A stretch of 64,000 bases of DNA from Candidatus Terraquivivens tikiterensis (GTDB lineage: Archaea; Thermoproteota; Nitrososphaeria_A; Caldarchaeales; Wolframiiraptoraceae), in contig NDWU01000004.1 in NCBI GenBank assembly GCA_003056285.1, positions 21,228 to 85,227 of the forward strand, read 5' to 3'. Position numbers and translations under genes: made by a program. Under the pieces are notes generated by a model. The model was not told the origin of the DNA. It searched no databases and saw only the letters and a program-made list of their open reading frames with translations. Shown in pieces: positions 48,082 to 57,647 of the stretch (the first letter of the stretch is position 1; each line of letters begins with the position of its first letter).

Positions 48082-48183
48082 AAAATCTGATCTGTGAGCG
48101 ACCGTATTTAAGCATAAACCTACCCTCGCGTAAAAACAACGCTTAATAGCACCTCTGAGCCCTCACAAAAAGGGTAAGCCGTC

Positions 48184-48570
48184 TTGGGAGGGCCAAAGAA
48201 GCCAACGCTATCCCAAGCCGAGAAGAGGCAGATGAAACAGCAGTCGCAGAAGGCTGAGAAGAAGGAATCCGTGCAAGAGAAGTACGCAGGCAGCATAGAC
48301 TTACCGGACGAAAGGGACGTCGTCAACTACATCAGAAGCATGAAGTACGCGACGCCATACCTTCTGTCCGAGAAGTACGGAATCAGGCTGTCCGTTGCGA
48401 AGAGCCTGCTGAACAGCTTGGCCTCGAAAGGGCTAATCGTGCCAATAGTAGGCGATAACAGGTTAAGGATATTTGCACCGGTCCAAGCCGCCGAACCTAC
48501 TAAAACCCCGGAGGCAGCAAAAGCACCCGGACCCGCAGAGGCGAAGCCGAAGCAAAAAAAGAAGAAGTAA
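48184..48570 (+). CDS. rps25e: Ribosomal protein S25e
   Basis: TTG start. K-rich N-terminus, then the winged-helix core MKYATPYLLSEKYGIRLSVAKSLLNSLASKGLI, then an A/P/K-rich C-terminal tail. Confidence 0.8.
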   Translation: MGGPKKPTLSQAEKRQMKQQSQKAEKKESVQEKYAGSIDLPDERDVVNYIRSMKYATPYLLSEKYGIRLSVAKSLLNSLASKGLIVPIVGDNRLRIFAPVQAAEPTKTPEAAKAPGPAEAKPKQKKKK

Positions 48571-48575
48571 AGCCC

Positions 48576-48947
48576 CTACCTTTTTAGGATCCTAACCCTG
48601 GCGCCAGCCCTAGTCTTCGCGAGCGCCGCTGGGTCTCCATAAAGCCTTCCGACCTTTACCGTCTGGGCGTAGGGCTTGGCCTTCTTGAAGACGAAGCCTA
48701 TTGCACCGGCCGGAGGCCAGAAAACGATGTCGCCGGGCTCTACGTTGTCCGTCGGCTTCTCGGCACCCCTCGCCACGCGGGTCTCTACGTAGACTGCGTA
48801 GTCCCAAAGCCCGGCCATACCCTCTATCGGAAGGAGCCTTGCTAGCTCCGTCACGGTCGCCGGCGCAAAAAATTTTATCAACTCGGCTTCGTAATCGCCA
48901 ACACCCTCCACCCAAACCTTTACGGGTAGCCTTACAGGAGCTGACAT
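48576..48947 (-). CDS. Cyclophilin-like fold protein (TM1367/DUF3830-like), tentative
   Basis: ~123 aa. The pattern ...ELARLLPIEGMAGLWDYAVYVET...EPGDIVFWPPAGAIGFVF resembles cyclophilin-like small proteins. Start is taken at the internal ATG, which avoids overlap with apgM. Confidence 0.5.
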   Translation of the reverse strand: MSAPVRLPVKVWVEGVGDYEAELIKFFAPATVTELARLLPIEGMAGLWDYAVYVETRVARGAEKPTDNVEPGDIVFWPPAGAIGFVFKKAKPYAQTVKVGRLYGDPAALAKTRAGARVRILKR

Positions 48948-48954
48948 GGCCGAC

Positions 48955-50202
48955 TCACTCGCCGTACATGGGAACCCTGCCAAGGCAGTTCATGATAGTT
49001 GGCATGAACTCAACACCCCTTATCCTACCTAGCGTACCCAACGCGCAGGAGATCTCGTCGAACCTTTCGACAGTGCCGTATCTCGCACCGGGTGAATACA
49101 CGGCTAAGGGGACCGGGTCTCCAGTATGCTCCCCGACCTCCGACGGCGTCGTATGGTCGCTCGTTACGGCTATGCAAGCATCTTCCAAGTCGACCTCCGA
49201 GAGCACCGCCGAGAATGCCGAGTCTATCCTGGATATTACCTCGACCTTCTTCGCCGGGTTCTTGTCATGGCTTACGACGTCCGTTGCCTTGACGTGCACG
49301 AACACGATGTCGTAAGCACTAACTGCGCTTATTGCAGCCCTCATCTTAGCTTCCAAGTCGGTGTCGACCGTGCCGGTCGCACCCTTCACGTCGAGGACTT
49401 CAAAGCCTGCGGCTTTAAACAGGCCCTTGTAGACCGCGCCGCCCGCTACGGCAGCAGCCCTAACGCCAAACCTGTCCGGAACCTTCTCTAACTTCGGTAG
49501 CGTTCCCGCACCCCTAGGCAGGACCACGTTGGCTAAAGGCTGACCCCTCAAGGCCCTGCGCCTGTTGATCTCATGGTCCATGAGCACCCTCCTCGATACC
49601 TCGACGAACTCGTTCAAAGCGTCAGCGGTCTTCTTTGCGGCAGGAGAGTCCACGAGGGGTCTGGATGGCAAGAGCCTCACGCCTACCTTGTGGGGGTCGA
49701 CGTCCGAAACGAGCCTCGACAAACCATCGCACCTGAGAACTAGAACGCCCCTATGCTCCACCGTGTGCTTAAACAGGACGGTGACGTCTGAGTTCCTATT
49801 CAGCCTAATGCCGTCCAAGCTTCTGGACAGGACCTCTGCTTCCTCGTCGGGGATCCTCCCGGCCCTCCTGTCCACGATCGTTCCATCCTCGCTTGCCGTT
49901 GCGAAGTTGCACCTGAAGGCCACGTCGTTCGGCCCGAGCTCTATGCCAGCACCTAGCGCCTCGAAGGCGCCCCTGCCCGTGTAGTGCTTGTAGGGGTCGT
50001 ACCCCAGTATGGCTAGATGTGCGGTGTCGCTGCCTGGCGGTACACCGGGAGAGATAGGGTCCATCAGACCGCACTCGCCCTTTGACGCAACCCAGCCGAA
50101 GGACTTCGGATTGGCCGCCTGGAGGGGTGTTAGCCCTCCAAGCCTCGAGCACCTCCTGTCCGGCATACCATCGCATATCAGGACGATGGCCTTTGATGCC
50201 AT
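48955..50202 (-). CDS. apgM: 2,3-bisphosphoglycerate-independent phosphoglycerate mutase, archaeal type (ApgM)
   Basis: 415 aa. N-terminal metal-binding LICDGMPD, and the later [12 protein letters not shown] and TSDHTTP motifs typical of the alkaline-phosphatase-superfamily ApgM. Confidence 0.85.
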   Translation of the reverse strand: MASKAIVLICDGMPDRRCSRLGGLTPLQAANPKSFGWVASKGECGLMDPISPGVPPGSDTAHLAILGYDPYKHYTGRGAFEALGAGIELGPNDVAFRCNFATASEDGTIVDRRAGRIPDEEAEVLSRSLDGIRLNRNSDVTVLFKHTVEHRGVLVLRCDGLSRLVSDVDPHKVGVRLLPSRPLVDSPAAKKTADALNEFVEVSRRVLMDHEINRRRALRGQPLANVVLPRGAGTLPKLEKVPDRFGVRAAAVAGGAVYKGLFKAAGFEVLDVKGATGTVDTDLEAKMRAAISAVSAYDIVFVHVKATDVVSHDKNPAKKVEVISRIDSAFSAVLSEVDLEDACIAVTSDHTTPSEVGEHTGDPVPLAVYSPGARYGTVERFDEISCALGTLGRIRGVEFMPTIMNCLGRVPMYGE

Positions 50203-50310
50203 GTAGGGCTACAGGCTAATGCCGTGCTTAAACTTTCTCGGTTAGAGCTGCTCGAAAACGGCAAGCCTTTGCTAGCGTTTAAATACATCGTCGAAGGATG
50301 TTGGTATGGC

Positions 50311-51309
50311 ATGGCCCAGAAGGAAAAAGCTAGGGAGAAAAAGACGTTCCTCGAAATAGAGGACTTACCGTCAGTCGGCCAGGTTACGGCAGAGAAGCTC
50401 AGGGAGATAGGGTACAGCACGGTAGAGGCGCTGGCGACCGCGACGGTAGCCGAGCTGGCTGCCGCTGGCATCGGGGAGAAAAAGGCGGCAGAGATAATAG
50501 CAGCGGCCAGGCAAGCGATAGAGATATCCTGGGTGACGGCAAAAGACCTCGCATCGCTCAGGGTGAACGTCGGAAGGATAACGACTGGTTGCAAGCAGCT
50601 GGATGCGCTCATAGGCGGTGGTGTCGAGACGCAGAGCATAACAGAGTTCTACGGCGAGTTCGGTAGCGGAAAGTCACAGCTATGCCACCAGCTGGCCGTT
50701 TGCGTCCAGCTACCCCCTGAAGCTGGCGGGTTGAACGGTTCGGCGCTCTACATAGATACGGAAAACACCTTCAGGACGGAGAGGATTGAGAAGATTGCGA
50801 AACGCTTTGGGCTCGACTTTGACGAGGTATCGAGGAGGATAGTGTACGCCGAGGCTTATACGAGCGACCACCAGATGCTCCTTCTCGAGAAATCTGATAA
50901 GGTGATAAAGGAGAACAACGTGAGGCTGATAATCATCGACTCCCTGACGTCGCACTTCAGGAGCGAGTACATCGGCAGGCAGACTTTGGCAGAAAGGCAG
51001 CAGAAGCTGAACAAGCACCTTCATAAGCTGATAAGGCTTGCGAGGGCCTTCAACGCCGCGGCTGTTGTAACCAATCAGGTCATGGCAAGGCCGGATGAGT
51101 TCTTCTCTACGGCTGCGGTCTCGCCAGTCGGCGGGCACATAGTCGGCCACACGAGCCACACGAGGGTATTCCTTCGTAAGTCGGTCGGTAGGAACATAAG
51201 GATAGCGAGGCTCGTATCGAGCCCCTACCTACCAGAGGGCGAGGCAGTGTTCAAGATAACGGAGAACGGTGTGGAGGACGTTGAGGAGGATGACCTCAAG
51301 TCCAGGTGA
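50311..51309 (+). CDS. radA: RadA recombinase
   Basis: N-terminal HhH domain ([27 protein letters not shown]), Walker [10 protein letters not shown] and Walker B LIIIDS. Start is at ATG 50311. The ORF-track extension from 50224 is rejected. Confidence 0.9.
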   Translation: MAQKEKAREKKTFLEIEDLPSVGQVTAEKLREIGYSTVEALATATVAELAAAGIGEKKAAEIIAAARQAIEISWVTAKDLASLRVNVGRITTGCKQLDALIGGGVETQSITEFYGEFGSGKSQLCHQLAVCVQLPPEAGGLNGSALYIDTENTFRTERIEKIAKRFGLDFDEVSRRIVYAEAYTSDHQMLLLEKSDKVIKENNVRLIIIDSLTSHFRSEYIGRQTLAERQQKLNKHLHKLIRLARAFNAAAVVTNQVMARPDEFFSTAAVSPVGGHIVGHTSHTRVFLRKSVGRNIRIARLVSSPYLPEGEAVFKITENGVEDVEEDDLKSR

Positions 51310-51683
51310 GGCGCTTGTCCAAACCCGACAAGACGGTAAAGAAATTCTTCGTCATGCTTTTCAGCGGCAAGATTTCTGAGGCGGAGAAAATTTTGGAGAG
51401 GCTTAAGAAGAGCCTGAGCGATGAAAAAGAAAAGGGGTACTACGATGCGCTTTACGGAATATACTATGCATACGTGAACGATGATTACGAGTCTTTTGTG
51501 TACAAGCTATGGACGAATCAGGATTTTAGGAAACAGAGGAAGAAGCTGGCGGAGGAATTCAGGAAGATGGCTGAGTCACCATTTACGATAAACCCAAGCT
51601 TTTACAGAGCATGGTCCGACTTCCTAAACATGCTTCCAGAGCTTCCGCAACCCCATAAGCTTTCGCAAAAGGAATCATCATGA
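51306..51683 (+). CDS. Hypothetical helical protein translationally coupled to radA
   Basis: 125-aa ORF. GTG 51306 overlaps the radA stop (GTGA). K/E/Y-rich helical composition. No family recognised. Confidence 0.5.
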   Translation: MRRLSKPDKTVKKFFVMLFSGKISEAEKILERLKKSLSDEKEKGYYDALYGIYYAYVNDDYESFVYKLWTNQDFRKQRKKLAEEFRKMAESPFTINPSFYRAWSDFLNMLPELPQPHKLSQKESS

Positions 51684-51950
51684 GAGGATGTTGTGAAAGA
51701 GTATCCAGCTGACCAACCAAACGAGGAAGTACGATGCCAAGCCTGTTATGTACGGCTTCTTGGTTTTCAAGCTACCTTCTGGTATTTTGAACACGAATGA
51801 TGATGCTACGCTGGATACCACGTAAACAGACACGGCGACGGTTATGGCCAGTATAGAGGTAGGCTCGTGCAGCCTTAAGAAGGCTGAGAGGAACCCTACG
51901 AAAACCCCTAAGAGCACCTTGGACCAGTACAGCTTATCCTCGGGCGTCAT
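51678..51950 (-). CDS. Small membrane protein (three TM helices)
   Basis: 90-aa hydrophobic ORF (VLLGVFVGFLSAFL, ILAITVAVSVYVVSSV, LASYFLVWLVSWILF). No family recognised. Confidence 0.45.
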   Translation of the reverse strand: MTPEDKLYWSKVLLGVFVGFLSAFLRLHEPTSILAITVAVSVYVVSSVASSFVFKIPEGSLKTKKPYITGLASYFLVWLVSWILFHNILS

Positions 51951-51973
51951 CGCCTCAAACCCTGGTGGGTCTT

Positions 51974-53917
51974 ATGGAAGTATCGGCTCTTGAACTTTCC
52001 GTTTTGCTAAGGGAGATGTCCCAGACCCTCCCAGGCTGCATAGTAGATAACGTTTACCAGCTCGAGGACGGCAGCATAGTCCTCAGGCTCAGGGGCGGGG
52101 AGGGAGGTTACGAGCTTAGGGCTTCTGCCGGCAAGTGTATTTACTTTACCCCACACACCTATCCAAAGCCGAAGACGCCGACGGAATTCGCGTCGAGGCT
52201 CAGGAAGTTTCTCAACGGAAGCAGGCTAAGGAGCTTGGAGCAGATGGGCTGCGAAAGGATTGCTGTCCTAAGCTTCGAGCGGGACGGTACTTTAAAGCTG
52301 GTAGTGGAACTCGTGCCAAGGGGGAACCTTGTGCTTATGGACGGGGCCGACAGGATACTCGTCGCGCTCTTCGGTACTAGGACGAAGGACAGGGAGATAG
52401 CCGTAGGGAAGCGGTACGTGCCTCCCCCGCCTAGGTTTTCGCTTATGGAGCATGATGGTGTGGAAAAAATCGTGATGGGTGCCAGCTCTAAGAAGAGGCT
52501 GGTATCTTGGCTGGCATCCGAGTTGGGCTTGGGCGGCAAGTACGCGGAGGAGGTCGTCGCGCTCGCGAACGTTGACAAGCAGACGCCCGTGGATGAGCTT
52601 GAGGAGGGCAAGAGGAGGGAGGTTGCGGATGCCATAACGCAGGTGCTTCTGGCATTCAAGGAGCCGAGGCCGCACGTTGCTAGGCGCGATTCCGAGGTCA
52701 GGGCCGTTCCTTTTGTCCTGAAGAGCCTTGAGCGGGAAGGCTACTCCTTCTATCCGGTAGATTCGTTCAACGAGGCGATCGCAGCAGAATACGAGGCATA
52801 CCTAGCAAAGGAATACGAGGATAGGGTTACGGCAGAATTAAGGCAAAGGTTAGGAGAGCTTCAGGAAAAGCTAGAATCCAAGAAGAGAGCGATGAAGGAG
52901 TTGGAGGCAAGGGTTGAGCGTGTCAAGAGCACGGCAGAGAAGCTCTTCATGAGGATGCATGAGGCGGAGAGCATCAGGAAGGCCATCAAAGAAGGACGTC
53001 TCGAACGCATGAACGGCATAAGGACCGTAAGCGTGGATAGGGCGAGGGGCATGGCCATCATATCTCTCGGTGAGGCTGAGTTGGAGCTCTCGCTAAGCGA
53101 GCCCGTATCAAGACAGGTTAGCAGGATGTTCGATGAGGTGAAGAGGCTAAGGCAAGCGATGGAAAGAATAGCTGGGGAGATAAAAGATCTGGAATCAGAG
53201 ATCTCCAGGATGTCTGGCGAGCTCGAATCGAGGAGGGCGTCGGCCCTCGAAAGGGTTAGGCACGAGGTACGTGAGCGGAAGAGGTGGTTTGAGAAGTTCA
53301 GGTGGTTCGAGACGTCCGAGGGCCTTCTGGCCGTCGCCGGAAAGGATGCGTCTTCCAACCTCGCATTGCTCAAAAAGTACCTGCAGCCCGATGACCTTGT
53401 CTTTCATGCAGAGATAACAGGCGCACCCGTCGTCATCCTGAAGGGAGGAGCCAGGGCGGGTGAGCGCTCGATAGAGGAGGCGGCCCAGTTTGCCGCGAGC
53501 TACAGCAGGGCATGGCGCGAGGGGCTGTCGTCCATCAACGTCTATTACGTCAGGCCAGAGCAGGTTTCCTTCTCGGCACCATCTGGAGAGTTCCTCCCGA
53601 GGGGCTCTTTCATGGTCACGGGTAGGAGAAACTACGTTAAGACGAGGCTGGCCGTGGCCTTCGGCATCCGTAAGGTTGACGGCGCGTACGAGGTACTCCA
53701 CGGCCCACCATCCTCCGTAGCCGCTAGGTCTAAGGCTGTCGCGGAAGTGGAACCGGGCGATGAGCCCGCTAGGAGCCTATCGCTTAAGATAGTCGATTTG
53801 CTTTGCCGCCAGGTGGGGTACGAGCCCAGCAAGGAGGAGAGGGGCTCCCTGGCGGCGCGGATAGCCCAGATGCTACCTTACGGCAAGGGAGCCCTCGCAA
53901 AGCAACAGCAAATTTAA
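51974..53917 (+). CDS. NFACT-family protein (Rqc2/RqcH/FbpA homologue; ribosome quality control)
   Basis: ~647 aa. NFACT-N-like N-terminus, a central E/R-rich coiled coil, and a C-terminal NFACT-R/DUF814-like block (DLVFHAEITGAPVVILKGG). Confidence 0.8.
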   Translation: MEVSALELSVLLREMSQTLPGCIVDNVYQLEDGSIVLRLRGGEGGYELRASAGKCIYFTPHTYPKPKTPTEFASRLRKFLNGSRLRSLEQMGCERIAVLSFERDGTLKLVVELVPRGNLVLMDGADRILVALFGTRTKDREIAVGKRYVPPPPRFSLMEHDGVEKIVMGASSKKRLVSWLASELGLGGKYAEEVVALANVDKQTPVDELEEGKRREVADAITQVLLAFKEPRPHVARRDSEVRAVPFVLKSLEREGYSFYPVDSFNEAIAAEYEAYLAKEYEDRVTAELRQRLGELQEKLESKKRAMKELEARVERVKSTAEKLFMRMHEAESIRKAIKEGRLERMNGIRTVSVDRARGMAIISLGEAELELSLSEPVSRQVSRMFDEVKRLRQAMERIAGEIKDLESEISRMSGELESRRASALERVRHEVRERKRWFEKFRWFETSEGLLAVAGKDASSNLALLKKYLQPDDLVFHAEITGAPVVILKGGARAGERSIEEAAQFAASYSRAWREGLSSINVYYVRPEQVSFSAPSGEFLPRGSFMVTGRRNYVKTRLAVAFGIRKVDGAYEVLHGPPSSVAARSKAVAEVEPGDEPARSLSLKIVDLLCRQVGYEPSKEERGSLAARIAQMLPYGKGALAKQQQI

Positions 53918-53950
53918 TATTAACGCTTAACACCAACACCGTGGGATCGG

Positions 53951-54538
53951 ATGGTTAAGCCAGCGTCGCTTGCTGAGGAGCTGAGGGTAAAGGACATAAT
54001 GAGCAGCCCGGTGATCGATGCCGATGTCGAAGAATCCGCTGAGGACGTCGCGAACAAGATGGTACGCTACAACGTAGGAAGCATAGTCGTGACGGAAAAG
54101 GGATTTCCAGTAGGCATGATAACGAAGAGGGACTTGGTGTACAAGGTAGTTGCCAAGAACCTGAAGCCGAGCGAGGTGAAGGCAAAGGATATAATGAGTA
54201 CCCCCATACACGTCGCAAACCCGGACGACCTAATAGACAACGCTCTGAGGAGCATGAATAAGCTGAAGATCGACCATCTTGCTGTCGTCCACAGGGATAA
54301 ACTCGTGGGGATAATCAGCACGACGGATATCTTACAGGTAACGCCGGAGATACTCGAGATAGTCAGGGAGAAGATGAAGATGGGGAACGTGAAGGCTAGC
54401 GGCGAGGGTTACACGGAAGGTTTTTGCGATGCCTGCGGAGAGTGGTCGGACATGCTCCTGAGGGTCGACGACCAGTACCTGTGCGAAGATTGCAGGATGG
54501 AGCTCGAGGGAAGGGGCGGAGAAGAGTCGGGGAGTTGA
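53951..54538 (+). CDS. CBS-pair domain protein with C-terminal zinc ribbon
   Basis: Two CBS repeats (VKDIMSSPVIDADV..., AKDIMSTPIHVANP...HLAVVHRDKLVGIIS) followed by CDACGEW...CEDC. Confidence 0.8.
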   Translation: MVKPASLAEELRVKDIMSSPVIDADVEESAEDVANKMVRYNVGSIVVTEKGFPVGMITKRDLVYKVVAKNLKPSEVKAKDIMSTPIHVANPDDLIDNALRSMNKLKIDHLAVVHRDKLVGIISTTDILQVTPEILEIVREKMKMGNVKASGEGYTEGFCDACGEWSDMLLRVDDQYLCEDCRMELEGRGGEESGS

Positions 54539-54984
54539 CCCGGGAAGAGAGGTTCTTGGTAGACTCCATGCTGGGTAGCCTCGTAACCTGGCTTAGGATC
54601 CTAGGCTACGACACGGAGTACTGGAAGGGCGACGACAGGGAGATGCTCGAGGTTGCAAGGAAGGAGGGCAGGATAATTCTAACGAACGATAGGGAGGTTG
54701 TTAGGTTTGCTGAGAAAAATGGCATGCCGGTTCTAGGTTTGACGAGTCCAGACGTACCGGAGGCTCTAGCGAAGATCGCCCTTACGTTCGGCATAAGCTT
54801 AGAGTTTGACGGGAGAAGGACGCGCTGCCCCTTATGCAACGCCCCACTACAGAGTAGCGGATCCCGCTGGTACTGCGGAGAGTGCGGCAAGGAGTACTGG
54901 ATAGGGAGCCACTGGATAGACATAAGCAGGAAGCTATCTGAGGCAAAAAGGAGGCTCATGGAGCTTAGGGACTGCAGGGCTTGA
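54535..54984 (+). CDS. Mut7-C / DUF82 PIN-like RNase-domain protein
   Basis: RFLVDSMLGSLVTWLRILGYD is the family N-terminal signature. C-terminal ribbon CPLC...CGECG. The TTG at 54535 overlaps the CBS stop (TTGA). ATG 54568 is an alternative start. Confidence 0.7.
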   Translation: MTREERFLVDSMLGSLVTWLRILGYDTEYWKGDDREMLEVARKEGRIILTNDREVVRFAEKNGMPVLGLTSPDVPEALAKIALTFGISLEFDGRRTRCPLCNAPLQSSGSRWYCGECGKEYWIGSHWIDISRKLSEAKRRLMELRDCRA

Positions 54985-55036
54985 CATACCGACTGCCGAG
55001 GCAGCGGCATTCCCCACGCAGCCCCTTCATAGCCCC

Positions 55037-55311
55037 GAAGAGCATCTTTGGTAGCGTTCGCTCCCTCATGGCTCCAGGGCTACCCGCGAGGCGTGCCACG
55101 TAAGCTCTGCCCGAGCACTCCCTTTTCGGCCTTAGGCTCTTCCAGGCCGCATGCTCAGGACGTTCATTGCCGGACAGAATTTTAACACCTGTCACGGCCC
55201 ATCGCCTAAAGGGTGCGGCCTCCTAGCCGAGCGCGTAAACGCTCGCCCACCCAGTACTAAAGCGCGAGGTTTCAGCTCACGGATGATAAAACGGATAATA
55301 GCAAGCTCTTC
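55037..55311. ncRNA. Unassigned GC-rich (~61%) intergenic block tiled by perfect hairpins; candidate structured RNA, with strand leaning minus
   Basis: Hairpins are at 55050-55084 (GGTAGC/GCTACC), 55127-55149 (CGGCCT/AGGCCG) nested in 55110-55159, 55169-55198 (9 bp + bulge) and 55228-55245 (CGAGCG/CGCTCG). Terminal pairing joins 55037-55043 with 55305-55311. Two helices gain G.U pairs only on the minus strand. There is no convincing ORF. Confidence 0.25.
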
Positions 55312-55323
55312 AACTTTCTGCCG

Positions 55324-55944
55324 ATGGGCATGCTGAGCTTAGACGAGGGCGTAAGGCTTGTGAGGCTCGCGAGGTCGGCTATCCAGGAATATTTGAGGTC
55401 CGGCAGCGTACGCGTTCCGGCAGAGGATGCCGGCATCCCCAGCAAGGAGACTGGGGTCTTCGTTTCCCTCTACACTTACCCAGAGGGTGAGCTGAGGGGA
55501 TGCATAGGCTTCCCCCTACCGGTGATGAGGCTACCGGAGGCGACCGTGAAGGCCGCGATCGCCGCTGCGACAGAGGACCCACGCTTTCCACCGCTGAGGC
55601 TTAAGGAGATGGACAGGGTCGTCGTAGAGGTAAGCGTCTTGAGCGTCCCTGAAAGGATAGAGTTCACGAACCCTAAGGAGCTGCCATCCAAGATAATCGT
55701 GGGAAGGGACGGCTTGATGATAAAGAGCGACCGGGGTTCCGGGTTGCTCCTTCCCCAGGTACCCGTCGAGTACGGATGGGATGCGGAGGAGTTCCTTTGT
55801 CATCTTTGCCTGAAGGCTGGCTTACCGGCTACCTACTGGTTGACTGGAAAGTTCGATATCTACAGGTTCACGGCAGAGATATTCGCCGAGGAGAGCCCAG
55901 GCGGGAACGTTGTCAGGAAAGAGCTGAAGGGTTGTGGGGCTTGA
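55324..55944 (+). CDS. AMMECR1-domain protein
   Basis: 206 aa with the LRGCIGFP motif and AMMECR1-like length. An AT-rich TATA-like tract lies ~30 nt upstream. Confidence 0.8.
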   Translation: MGMLSLDEGVRLVRLARSAIQEYLRSGSVRVPAEDAGIPSKETGVFVSLYTYPEGELRGCIGFPLPVMRLPEATVKAAIAAATEDPRFPPLRLKEMDRVVVEVSVLSVPERIEFTNPKELPSKIIVGRDGLMIKSDRGSGLLLPQVPVEYGWDAEEFLCHLCLKAGLPATYWLTGKFDIYRFTAEIFAEESPGGNVVRKELKGCGA

Positions 55945-57104
55945 GGGCTTACTTCGGCGTATGCGGAATAGGCATGGGACACGCTGCCAGGAGCTCCCTC
56001 GTCCTGAGGGCCCTGATGGAGAGAGGCTGGGATGTCGCCGTATCCAGCTACGGCGAGGGCATGGAGTACCTGGAGGCCCTAGGCATCCCGGTAAACAGGG
56101 TCAACCCAGTATCATACGGCGTCCTTCCGGACGGCAAGGTCAGCATAAAGATGACGATATTCCGGAACCTTTACCTTCCGCTCAAGGTTTCGCTCCAGAC
56201 GGCGAGGGAATTTTCCAGCATATCCTGCTTCGACCCGTCCGTCGTCGTATCCGACACGAGGGTCTCGACGATAGCAGCGGCAAAAGCCCTCGGGTATCCG
56301 GTAGCGTTGATACTCAACCAGTTCAACGTGCTCGTAGAGTATCACAAGTACGAGGCCTTGGTAGAGATTGTCGAGAGCGGTGCCCAGGTCGTTACTAAGT
56401 TTTGGGAGATGGCCGACAGGATAGTCGTACCGGATTTCCCGCCACCGTACACGATATCCAAGATGAACCTTGCGATGAGCGACGTAGCAAGGTCGAAGAG
56501 CACGTTCGTCGGCCCGCTGCTACAGGCGCCGAGAGGAGACCTGCCAACGATGGAAGAGGTCCGTAGGAGGTACGGGATACCGGAGGACAGGCCGTTGGTT
56601 TTTGCACACATCAGCGGGCCTAGGCTTGAGAGGCTCGTGCTCGCCGAGAGGTTGGCTAAGATCGCGAGGAGCCTGGACGGGTACTTCTTCGTGATTACGC
56701 TAGCGGAGCCGAAATCGCCAGAAGTAAAGAGGGAGGGGAACGTGCTCCTCATGGGCTGGGCCGAGGACCCGGACGAGCTCTACGCGGCATCAGACGTCGT
56801 CGTATCACGCTCAGGGCACGGAAGCATCGGAAGGGCTCTGATGTTCGGCAGGCCGATGATCCTCATACCGATAAGGGCCCACGGCGAGCAGAAGTCGAAC
56901 GCGGATTCGATCGCGAGGCACGGTGCTGGCATAGTGCTGGACGAGGAAAGGCTGAGCGAGGAGACGCTAGGCAGCGCTCTAAAGGAGGTCCTCGGCGACG
57001 AATCTTACCTAAAGAGCGCCCTCTTCTTCAAGAGGATGCTCGAGGGGCTGGACCCCGTGAAAGCTACGGTCTCGATAATCGAGGGGCTAGCGCGCAAGCT
57101 TTAA
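55941..57104 (+). CDS. Glycosyltransferase (GT-B fold, MurG/UDP-glycosyltransferase-like)
   Basis: N-terminus GVCGIGMGHAARS (G-x-G-H loop of the GT28/GT1 type) and C-terminal SRSGHGSIGRALMFGRPMILIP. The TTG at 55941 overlaps the upstream stop (TTGA). The ORF-track start at 55776 is rejected. Confidence 0.7.
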   Translation: MRAYFGVCGIGMGHAARSSLVLRALMERGWDVAVSSYGEGMEYLEALGIPVNRVNPVSYGVLPDGKVSIKMTIFRNLYLPLKVSLQTAREFSSISCFDPSVVVSDTRVSTIAAAKALGYPVALILNQFNVLVEYHKYEALVEIVESGAQVVTKFWEMADRIVVPDFPPPYTISKMNLAMSDVARSKSTFVGPLLQAPRGDLPTMEEVRRRYGIPEDRPLVFAHISGPRLERLVLAERLAKIARSLDGYFFVITLAEPKSPEVKREGNVLLMGWAEDPDELYAASDVVVSRSGHGSIGRALMFGRPMILIPIRAHGEQKSNADSIARHGAGIVLDEERLSEETLGSALKEVLGDESYLKSALFFKRMLEGLDPVKATVSIIEGLARKL

Positions 57105-57647
57105 CCATTCGGCGAAAAGCCTGACGGCCTTACCCCTGTGCGATATCGCGCTCTTCTCCTTTACGTCCATCTCGGCGAAGGTCCTCCCGTCGCCCTCGTC
57201 GGGTATGAACAAAGGGTCGAAGCCAAAACCACCGGAACCCCTCGGCTCGTGAGAGATCCTTCCGACGCACACACCGCTGAAGAGCTTGACAGGCCCGTCT
57301 GATAGCTTGCAAGCTATGCAGGAGCGAAAGTACGCTCTCCTGTTCTCCTCGCCGGCCATCAGCTTCAATATCCCGGCATTTCCTATCGTCCTTTGGACGT
57401 AAGAGGAGTAGGGTCCAGGGAAGCCGTTCAGACGCTCGATGAATAGGCCAGAGTCCTCGACGAAGACTGGCTCCCTCAAAATCTCGTAGGCCTCCTCGCA
57501 GCACCTCGCCGATATCTCCTCAAGGGAGTCTGACTGTATCTCTGTGAGCCTTATTGCGCGCACGCCTATCTCTATCCCAAGAGCCATGAGCAAGCTCCTG
57601 ACCTCTGCCGCCTTCCCAGCGTTCGTGGTCACGAACGTTAGCCTCAC
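57087..57647 (-). CDS. Non-canonical purine NTP pyrophosphatase (HAM1/RdgB family)
   Basis: 186 aa with FVTTNAGKAAE, FVEDSGL, GFGFDPLF and SHRGKA. Confidence 0.85.
   Translation of the reverse strand: MRLTFVTTNAGKAAEVRSLLMALGIEIGVRAIRLTEIQSDSLEEISARCCEEAYEILREPVFVEDSGLFIERLNGFPGPYSSYVQRTIGNAGILKLMAGEENRRAYFRSCIACKLSDGPVKLFSGVCVGRISHEPRGSGGFGFDPLFIPDEGDGRTFAEMDVKEKSAISHRGKAVRLFAEWLKLAR

Noticed and set aside
55070-55300. Calling the GC-rich block an RNase P RNA gene on the plus strand.
   Set aside because: Several S-domain-like strings occur in the right order. However, the universal GGAAAGUCC is absent, and no P4 pairing partner exists for the CR-V-like AUAAAACGGAUAAU. That string is more simply the TATA region of the AMMECR1 gene. 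The block is kept only as an unassigned structured-RNA candidate.
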